Below, in pieces: positions 48,921 through 55,428 of a DNA stretch of 55,428 nt. The DNA is taken from contig JAJYSW010000001.1 of the NCBI GenBank assembly GCA_021793335.1, positions 1 through 55,428 of the forward strand, in the 5' to 3' direction. Made by a program: the position numbers and the translations under genes. Under the pieces are notes generated by a model. That model had not been told where the DNA came from. It did no database searches and saw only the letters and a program-made list of their open reading frames with translations. The stretch comes from Actinomycetes bacterium. Lineage in GTDB: Bacteria > Actinomycetota > Actinomycetes > Mycobacteriales > Micromonosporaceae. Numbering within the stretch: the stretch's first letter is position 1; the number at the start of each line of letters is the position of its first letter.

Positions 48921-49826
48921 GTGCCCACCCGCACCCGCGATATCGTCCTGACCGCCCTGGCTCCCGTCATGTGGGGCACCACCTACCTGGTGACCACCGA
49001 ATTCCTGCCGCCCGACCGACCGATGCTCACCTCGCTGATACGAGCGCTCCCGGCCGGGCTGCTGCTCGTCCTCATCGCGCGCAGGCTCCCCAAAGGCGCA
49101 TGGTGGTGGAAGGCGAGCGTGATCGGCGCCCTCAACATCGCCGCGTTCTTCGCGCTGCTGTTCCTGGCCGCCTACCGGCTGCCCGGCGGCGTCGCTGCCG
49201 TGACCACGGCGGTCGGGCCGATAGCGACGGCGGGAGCGACGATCCTCATCCTGCGCCAGAAGGTGCGGCCGCGGACATGGCTGCTCGGCATCACCGGGGT
49301 CACGGGCATCGCGATGGTGGTGCTGACCGCCGAAGCTCGACTCGATCCGATCGGAGCCCTCGCGGGCGTCGGCGGTGCGATGGCGATGGCCACGGCGGTG
49401 GTGCTGACCAAACGATGGGGGCTGCCGCCGCACGCCGGGCCGGCGGCACTGGCCGGCTGGCAGTTGACGGCGGGCGGTCTGCTCCTGATCCCGGTGGCGT
49501 TCGCGCTCGAAGGCGGCCTACCGGAGTTCACCGCGGTGAACGTGGCCGGATACGTGTACCTGGGGCTGGTGAACACGGCGCTGGGCTACTGGCTGTGGTT
49601 CCGAGGCATCGGCAGGCTCTCGGTAGTGCCGCTGAGCTTCCTGGGCCTGTTCTCGCCGCTGACGGCCGCGATCCTCGGCTGGGCGGCGCTGGGTGAAACG
49701 TTCACCTTCTGGCAGAGCACCGGATTCGCCATCGCCTTGGCGGCGACGCTCGCGAGCCAACTCCACGCCCGCCCGAAGTCCGCGCCGATCGAGGCACCCG
49801 AAATCCCTGAACCCGCCAAGATCTGA
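48921..49826 (+). CDS. pecM: PecM-like EamA/DMT exporter
   Basis: TALAPVMWGTTYLVTTEFLPP, RALPAG, AYRLPGGVAA, YWLWFRGI. Confidence 0.85.
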   Translation: MPTRTRDIVLTALAPVMWGTTYLVTTEFLPPDRPMLTSLIRALPAGLLLVLIARRLPKGAWWWKASVIGALNIAAFFALLFLAAYRLPGGVAAVTTAVGPIATAGATILILRQKVRPRTWLLGITGVTGIAMVVLTAEARLDPIGALAGVGGAMAMATAVVLTKRWGLPPHAGPAALAGWQLTAGGLLLIPVAFALEGGLPEFTAVNVAGYVYLGLVNTALGYWLWFRGIGRLSVVPLSFLGLFSPLTAAILGWAALGETFTFWQSTGFAIALAATLASQLHARPKSAPIEAPEIPEPAKI

Positions 49827-49844
49827 ACGAAAGGAACGCTGAGC

Positions 49845-50486
49845 ATGCGCATCACAGTATTGGGAGCCGCCGGCAACGTCGGCGGCCGCACCGTGGCCGA
49901 AGCGGTGAACAGAGGACACGAGGTGACGGCCGTCGTGCGGGCCCCGGGCCGGGCCGCCGCGCTCCCCTCGGCCGCCGAGATCCGCATCGGCGATGTGGCC
50001 GACACGGCGGCGGTGGAGGCGTTGAGCGCTGAAGCCGACGTGGTGATCAGCGCCGTGCGCCCCGAACCGGGCCTGGAGCACCGGCAGGCGGCGATCACGA
50101 AGGCGCTGCTCGACGGCGTCGCGCCGACCGGCGTGCGGCTCCTGATCGTGGGCGGAGCGGCGACGCTCACGGTGCCGGGAAGCGGCGGGCTCGCGCTCGA
50201 CGACCCGCGATACGTGCAACCGGCCTGGCGGGCGATCGCAGCGGCCAGCGCCGAACAGCACGAGGTGTGCCGAGGCGAGGCCCGAGTGGACTGGGTCTAT
50301 GTGAGCCCGCCGGCAAGCCTGCTTCCTGGCGAGCGCACCGGCCGGTACCGGCTCGGCGGCGACGAGCTGCTGATCGACGAACGGGGCGAATCACGGATCT
50401 CCTTGGAGGACTTCGCGGTGGCCCTGGTCGACGAGGCGGAGTCGCCACGGCACACCCGCACCCGCTTCACCGTCGCCGCCGCCTGA
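49845..50486 (+). CDS. NAD(P)-dependent oxidoreductase (flavin-reductase/YwnB-like)
   Basis: VLGAAGNVG, IVGGAATL, DWVYVSP, GERTGRYRLG, ISLEDFA. Confidence 0.88.
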   Translation: MRITVLGAAGNVGGRTVAEAVNRGHEVTAVVRAPGRAAALPSAAEIRIGDVADTAAVEALSAEADVVISAVRPEPGLEHRQAAITKALLDGVAPTGVRLLIVGGAATLTVPGSGGLALDDPRYVQPAWRAIAAASAEQHEVCRGEARVDWVYVSPPASLLPGERTGRYRLGGDELLIDERGESRISLEDFAVALVDEAESPRHTRTRFTVAAA

Positions 50487-50598
50487 CTCGGGCGGGTGGG
50501 GACGGCGGCATCTGCCTGCGGCCCCCGGACCGGCGGCTCCGCTCGCTTCAGCCGTGCACGGCGAGCGCCTGGTGCGACCGCCGCCGAGCCCCCTCGGG

Positions 50599-50649
50599 AC
50601 GGCTGCGGCCGTGCAGCGACGGATACCGTCGCTGCACGGCCGCAGCCGT
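50599..50649. terminator. Perfect 24-bp-stem hairpin between convergent operons
   Basis: acggctgcggccgtgcagcgacgg-ata-ccgtcgctgcacggccgcagccgt. Confidence 0.75.
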
Positions 50650-50828
50650 TCGCATGTCGCCCGGTCGATGCCTCTCGGAGTTCGCTCCTCGGCCCGTCCG
50701 TCGCGTGAAGGATCGAGGGCCTCTGCATCGCCGCTCGGCTTTCTTCTCGTCGAATGATCGCGGCACGACCAGTATTGACACGCCCCGTCATCGACGCCGA
50801 GCGTTGGCGCCGGTGTGCCGTCGGAGAG

Positions 50829-51635
50829 TCAGACCATTCTCTTCTTATAGGCGCGCATGGCCAGCGGGGCCGTGACCGCGAAGATCACCACCGCCCAGAC
50901 GGCGGTCCACATCAGGGGCTCGACGATCGGACCGGCGGAGAGCAGGCCGCGCATGGCGTCGGCCAGGTGCGTCACCGGGTTGACTTGCGCCCAGGCTCCC
51001 AGTACGCCCGGCATTGTGGAGGTGTCCACGAAGGCGCTGGAGGAGAATGTCAGCGGCATGATCACCACGAAGGCGTAGATCTGCACCTTCTCCTCGGAGT
51101 CGGCCAGTACTCCCATCAGGACTGAGATCCAGGAGATCGCCAACGCGAACACCACGACCACCACCGTCGCCAGGAGCGCGCCGCCCACGCTGCGCAGTTC
51201 GAAGCCCATGAGCAGCCCGAGGAGCAGCATGACCGCCACGGACCACACTTGTTTGAACAGGTCGGCGAAGATCTTCCCCGCCAGGGGCGCCGAGCGGGCG
51301 ATCGGCAGCGATCGGAAACGGTCGTAGACGCCTTTGCGGAGGTCGGCGTTGATGCCGGTGCCGGTGTACATGGTCAGGAAGATCGCGTTCTGCGCGATGA
51401 GACCGCCCAGGACGTATTGCAGGTAGTCCGCGCTGGAACCGGCCATCTGCCCGCCGAAGACGTAGACGAACAGCAGCAGGAACATGATCGGGCTCAAGGA
51501 CAGGTCCACGAGCTCGAAAGGATTGTGCTTGATGCGGACCATCTGACGCCAGGCCATCGAGGTGATCTGGCTCGCGGTCTCGCGCAGGTTCGGTCGGCCG
51601 GCGGCGGCCGGAGTGTCCAGAGTCGCGGCCGTCAT
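50829..51635 (-). CDS. ABC-2 type exporter permease (DrrB-like)
   Basis: PIMFLLLFVYVFGG, GVYDRFRSLPI, FSSSAFV, VNPVTHLADAMR. Confidence 0.9.
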   Translation of the reverse strand: MTAATLDTPAAAGRPNLRETASQITSMAWRQMVRIKHNPFELVDLSLSPIMFLLLFVYVFGGQMAGSSADYLQYVLGGLIAQNAIFLTMYTGTGINADLRKGVYDRFRSLPIARSAPLAGKIFADLFKQVWSVAVMLLLGLLMGFELRSVGGALLATVVVVVFALAISWISVLMGVLADSEEKVQIYAFVVIMPLTFSSSAFVDTSTMPGVLGAWAQVNPVTHLADAMRGLLSAGPIVEPLMWTAVWAVVIFAVTAPLAMRAYKKRMV

Positions 51636-52612
51636 CGCTCGGTCTCGCTTTCGGTCTCGTTCGTCTCGCCGGGTTCGGCCCGGTGGCCGGTCAAGGTCAG
51701 GAACACTTCGTCGAGGCTGGAGAGTCCGAGGTGGAAGTCGGTGAGGACGATGCCATGTTCGCGCAGGTCCGCGGCGAGCACGGGCATGACCGCGTCGTCG
51801 TTGACACCGACGGTGACCGTGCCTCCCTCGGTCAGCGGATCGAGTTCGGGGAACCGCCCTGCGACGATCGCGCCGATGGCTTCGAGTTGGGTCGGGTCCT
51901 CGGGCTGTATGCGCAGGGTCCGCCCGCCGATCTTGGCCTTGAGCTGCGTGGGGGTGCCGGTGGCGATGACGGTGCCGTGGTCGATGACCGCGATGTCATC
52001 GGCCAGCTGATCGGCCTCCTCCAGGTACTGGGTGGTCAGCAGGACGGTGGTGCCGTCGGCGACGAGCCCGCGGACGAGATTCCACAGTTCGCCGCGGGCC
52101 CGGGGGTCGAGACCGGTCGTGGGTTCGTCGAGGAAGAGGAGGCGGGGCCGCCCGACGAGGCTCGCGGCCAGGTCGAGGCGGCGGCGCATGCCGCCCGAGT
52201 AGGTCTTGGCGGCCTTGTCGGCGGCGTCCGAGAGGTTGAACTGGCCGAGCAGCTCGCGGGCCCTGGCACGGGCCTCGCGTTTCGGCATCCCGAGGAGCCG
52301 GCCGATGAACAGCAGGTTCTCCTCGCCGGTGAGCAGTTCGTCGACGCCGGCGAACTGGCCGGTCAGTCCGATGAGCGAGCGTACGCGGGCGGCGTCGCGC
52401 ACGATGTCGAATCCGCCGACGCGGGCGGTCCCGGCGGTGGGTTCGGAGAGGGTGGCGAGCATTCGGACGATCGTGGTCTTCCCTGCTCCATTGGGGCCCA
52501 GAACGCCGAGGACCGTGCCGGCCCTGGCGCCGAGGTCGACGTTGTCGACGGCGATCAGCTCGCCGAAGCGCTTCGTCAGCCCCTCCGTTTGTATGGCGTT
52601 GTCATGCGACAC
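51632..52612 (-). CDS. ABC exporter ATP-binding protein (DrrA-like)
   Basis: GPNGAGKTT, YSGGMRRRLDLA, FLDEPTTGLDP, LTTQYLEEAD, SLDEVFLTLTG. Confidence 0.93.
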   Translation of the reverse strand: MSHDNAIQTEGLTKRFGELIAVDNVDLGARAGTVLGVLGPNGAGKTTIVRMLATLSEPTAGTARVGGFDIVRDAARVRSLIGLTGQFAGVDELLTGEENLLFIGRLLGMPKREARARARELLGQFNLSDAADKAAKTYSGGMRRRLDLAASLVGRPRLLFLDEPTTGLDPRARGELWNLVRGLVADGTTVLLTTQYLEEADQLADDIAVIDHGTVIATGTPTQLKAKIGGRTLRIQPEDPTQLEAIGAIVAGRFPELDPLTEGGTVTVGVNDDAVMPVLAADLREHGIVLTDFHLGLSSLDEVFLTLTGHRAEPGETNETESETER

Positions 52613-52674
52613 GTCGTTCTCCTTACTCGGATGCGTCCGCAGTGTCGGTTCGGGTGATGGGCTTCCAGCTTGAA

Positions 52675-52724
52675 GACATCATTATTACATCACTATGACA
52701 TCGCGCAAGCGGCAGGTGATGTCA
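52675..52724. promoter_or_regulatory. Phased ACATC repeats upstream of the ABC exporter
   Basis: GACATCATTAT/TACATCACTAT/GACATCGCGCA at an 11-bp period, plus inverted GTGATGTCA at 52716. Confidence 0.6.
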
Positions 52725-52889
52725 AATTTCGTCAGCAGGTGGAGCGACCTCCGGCCGGCGCGGCTCGGCCATGCCCTCCGGGCCCGATAAAAGCGGGTGC
52801 TCCACCTCCGGAGGTACCCGCCGATAATGATGTGAACGCTCACTTGATGTGATCTCGGGCAGTCGCAGACGGCAACGGGAACGCGCGCT

Positions 52890-52916
52890 CCAGGGGAAGG
52901 CCGAGCCTCCCCCTGG
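52890..52916 (-). terminator. hrpA terminator hairpin
   Basis: On the minus strand ccagggggagg-ctcgg-ccttcccctgg, 11 bp with one G-U, just after the stop. Confidence 0.55.
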
Positions 52917-52923
52917 AACACGC

Positions 52924-55428
52924 TCACAGGGACTGGAGGAGTTTCCGGACGCGCTTCTCGCTCACCTGGTAGCGGGTGCCGAGCTGCTGCGCGAAGAAGC
53001 TGATGCGCAACTCCTCGATCATCCAGCGCAGCTCTTGGCCCTCGGCGGTCCGCATCGCCGCCGGACGGGCGCGGGCCAGCGCGTCGCGCTCGGCCTGGAG
53101 ACCGTGCACGATGTCCATCTTGGTCTTGTCCCCCGCGATGTCGTCCTTGACTCGCCGGGCGCGGTGAACGATGCCCTTCACATAGCGGGTCAGGTCGTCC
53201 AGACGCCACCAACCGGTCGCGCCCACGAAACCGTCGGCGCCGACCAGGGCATCGAGCTGGGCGCGCATGTCGCTCATGGCCGCGAGCATCGAGAAGTCGA
53301 ACTTGCCTTCGAGCAGCCGGGAGGCTTCGCGGGCCTCGGTCAGCGCCGCCGCGGCCTTGCGGGCCACCACGACCGACTCCCCGGCCACCTCGGGCCGGGC
53401 GCGCTTCAGCAGCGACTCGAAGCCCTCGCGGTCCCAGGCCGGTCCGCCGCCCTCGATGAGGACCTTGTCCAGCACCGTGCGCACGCAGTCGTCGAGCAGC
53501 GATCCGACGGACCGGTACGGCCCGGTGGCGAGGACCAGCTGCTCATTGCGGGTGAGCGCTTCTTTGAGGCGAGGGTCGGGGACGTTCAGCTTGATGAGGC
53601 GCCGGGTCCCCGCCCACATGTTCGCCGCCTGCGCGCCGGGATCGGCGAACGCCTTGACGCCGACGCTGCTCCCTTCGTCGAACAGGGCGGGGTAGGCCTT
53701 GGCGACGTAGCCCTTGCGCGGGGTCTCCTGGAGTTTCGGCAGGGTGTCGAAGTCCCATGCGGTCAGGCCGGTGCGTTCGAGTTCCGGCGCGGCCTCGGCG
53801 GCCGCCGCCTGAGTCTTGGGCGCCAGCTGCCGCTGGAGCGCGCCCAGTTCCTTGCCTTGGGCCAGGATCGCGCCGTCCTCGTCCTTGACCTGGAACGTCA
53901 CGAGCAGGTGGCCGGGGATCTTGGTGAGGTCGAAGGCGTCCTCGGGGACGTTCACTCCGGTCATGGCGCGGAGTGTCTCGGCCAGCACCGCCGTCATGGG
54001 CCGGGCTTCGCCGCCCTCGCCCGCGGGGCCGGCCAGGCGGGCGACGGCGGCCTTGGCGAAGTCGGGAGCGGGCACGAAGTTGCGGCGCAGGGTCTTGGGC
54101 AGGCTCTTGATGAGCGATTCGGCGAAATCGGCCCGCAGACCGGGCACCTGCCAAGTGAAGGCGTTCTCATTGAGCTGTTGGAGCACGGCGAGCGGCACTT
54201 CGACGGTGACGCCGTCATCGGCCGAACCGGGCTCGAACTCGTAGTCGAGGTCGAGGTCGACGCCCTCGGAGGTCCACACCTCGGGGTAGGCCGAGGCGCT
54301 GACGTCCTCGGCGCGGTCGCCGAGCAGGAGCGCCTCATCGAAGTCGAGCGCGTGCTTGTCCTTCTGCTTCTTCCACCAGGAGTCGAAATGGCGTCCTGAG
54401 ACGATCGTCGCGGGCAGGCGCTCGTCGTAGAAGTCGAACAGGGTCTGCTCGTCGGCGAGTAGGCCCCGCTGCCTGATGCGGTTCTCCAGGTCCTCGACTT
54501 CGGCGATCTTGTCGCGGTTGCGCTGGAAGAAGGGATGGTGGGTGTCCCATTCCCCTTGGACGAGGGCGTGCCGGATGAACAGTTCGCGGCTCGTGGCCGG
54601 GTCGATGCGCCCGAAGTTGACCTGACGGCGGGGCACGATCGGGACGCCGTAGAGCGTCACGCGTTCGAAGGCGAGGACGGCTCCAGAGCGTTTGGACCAA
54701 TGAGGTTCGGAATAGGTGCGTTTGACGAGGTGCTCGGCGAGCGGTTCGACCCATTCGGGCTCGATCTTGGCGCAGATGCGGCCCCACAGGCGGGAGGTCT
54801 CAACCAGTTCCCCGGCGACGATCCAGCGCGGCTGTTTCTTGAACAGTCCCGACCCGGGGAAGATGGCGAATTTCGCGTTCCTGCCGCCGAGGTATTCGCG
54901 CTTATCGGCCTCTTTGACGCCGATGTGGGAGAGGAGTCCGGCCAGAAGAGCGGTGTGGATGCGGCGGTTGTCGGGGGCGGGCGTCGTCGGAGCGGTGGAG
55001 ATCTTGAGACCTTTGAGGACGCTGGTGATCTGGCGGACCAGGTCCTGCCATTCGCGGATGCGCAGGTAGTGGAGGTATTCCTGCTTGCACATTCGCCGGA
55101 AGGCGCTGGAGGAGCGGGCGCGCCGCTGCTCTTCGAGGTATTTCCACAGATTGAGGTAGGTGGCGAAGTCCGATTCGGGGTCGTTGAAGCGGGCGTGGGC
55201 CTGGTCGGACTGGGCCTTCTTGTCGGCCGGCCGCTCACGGGGGTCCTGGATGGAGAGCGCGGCGGCGATGACGGCGACCTCGTGGACGCATCCCTCCTCT
55301 TTGGCCTGAAGGATCATCCGGGCCAGGCGCGGGTCGATCGGCAGGCGTGCCAGTTCCCGGCCGGTGCGCGTCAGCCGCGGTGTTCCGCCGCGTTCCTGTT
55401 CCAGAGCGCCGAGCTCGACCAGGAGGTC
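52924..55428 (-). CDS. hrpA: ATP-dependent RNA helicase HrpA, 3' part (5' end outside window)
   Basis: LPIDPRLARMI, LSIQDPRERP, YLRIREW, IFPGS, ELVETSRLWGR, WQVPGLR, RWMIEELRISFFAQ. Confidence 0.95.
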   Translation of the reverse strand, partial: DLLVELGALEQERGGTPRLTRTGRELARLPIDPRLARMILQAKEEGCVHEVAVIAAALSIQDPRERPADKKAQSDQAHARFNDPESDFATYLNLWKYLEEQRRARSSSAFRRMCKQEYLHYLRIREWQDLVRQITSVLKGLKISTAPTTPAPDNRRIHTALLAGLLSHIGVKEADKREYLGGRNAKFAIFPGSGLFKKQPRWIVAGELVETSRLWGRICAKIEPEWVEPLAEHLVKRTYSEPHWSKRSGAVLAFERVTLYGVPIVPRRQVNFGRIDPATSRELFIRHALVQGEWDTHHPFFQRNRDKIAEVEDLENRIRQRGLLADEQTLFDFYDERLPATIVSGRHFDSWWKKQKDKHALDFDEALLLGDRAEDVSASAYPEVWTSEGVDLDLDYEFEPGSADDGVTVEVPLAVLQQLNENAFTWQVPGLRADFAESLIKSLPKTLRRNFVPAPDFAKAAVARLAGPAGEGGEARPMTAVLAETLRAMTGVNVPEDAFDLTKIPGHLLVTFQVKDEDGAILAQGKELGALQRQLAPKTQAAAAEAAPELERTGLTAWDFDTLPKLQETPRKGYVAKAYPALFDEGSSVGVKAFADPGAQAANMWAGTRRLIKLNVPDPRLKEALTRNEQLVLATGPYRSVGSLLDDCVRTVLDKVLIEGGGPAWDREGFESLLKRARPEVAGESVVVARKAAAALTEAREASRLLEGKFDFSMLAAMSDMRAQLDALVGADGFVGATGWWRLDDLTRYVKGIVHRARRVKDDIAGDKTKMDIVHGLQAERDALARARPAAMRTAEGQELRWMIEELRISFFAQQLGTRYQVSEKRVRKLLQSL

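Noticed and set aside
50829-52612. Daunorubicin resistance or biosynthetic cluster
   Set aside because: A generic Drr-like exporter with no biosynthetic genes nearby.

Overview
This is a high-GC actinobacterial chromosomal segment. Gene order and protein style suggest Glycomyces or a related genus (inference only). Most of it is core genome: the murE-murF-mraY end of a split dcw cluster, class II DAHP synthase, pfk, RNase AS, a Crp-family regulator, plsC, ROK glucokinase, acyl-CoA ligase, a GAF two-component system, a PimB-like GT4, an NYN protein, glnA with a GlnR box, and the 3' part of hrpA. Accessory modules are interspersed: fchA-folD, an FMO with a degenerate hydrolase, MFS-TIGR00300, a GH74 plus two beta-helix secreted proteins, azlCD, an LPXTG protein, ECF42-DGPF, an orphan ChvE-like lipoprotein, pecS-pecM and a Drr-like ABC exporter. 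I saw no rRNA, tRNA, CRISPR array, transposase or integrase. The best leads are: (1) a FolD lacking the cyclohydrolase Lys, coupled to a stand-alone FchA; (2) four 31-bp repeats of the glnA 3' end that form a chain of stop/start-overlapping mini-ORFs across the terminator; (3) two uncharacterised secreted beta-helix paralogs next to GH74 that share 168 identical 3' bp; (4) an M15-like peptidase and an L,D-transpeptidase where ftsI normally lies; (5) a candidate orphan sRNA. Many start codons were re-assigned by eye. All family calls come from motif recognition, not database searches.
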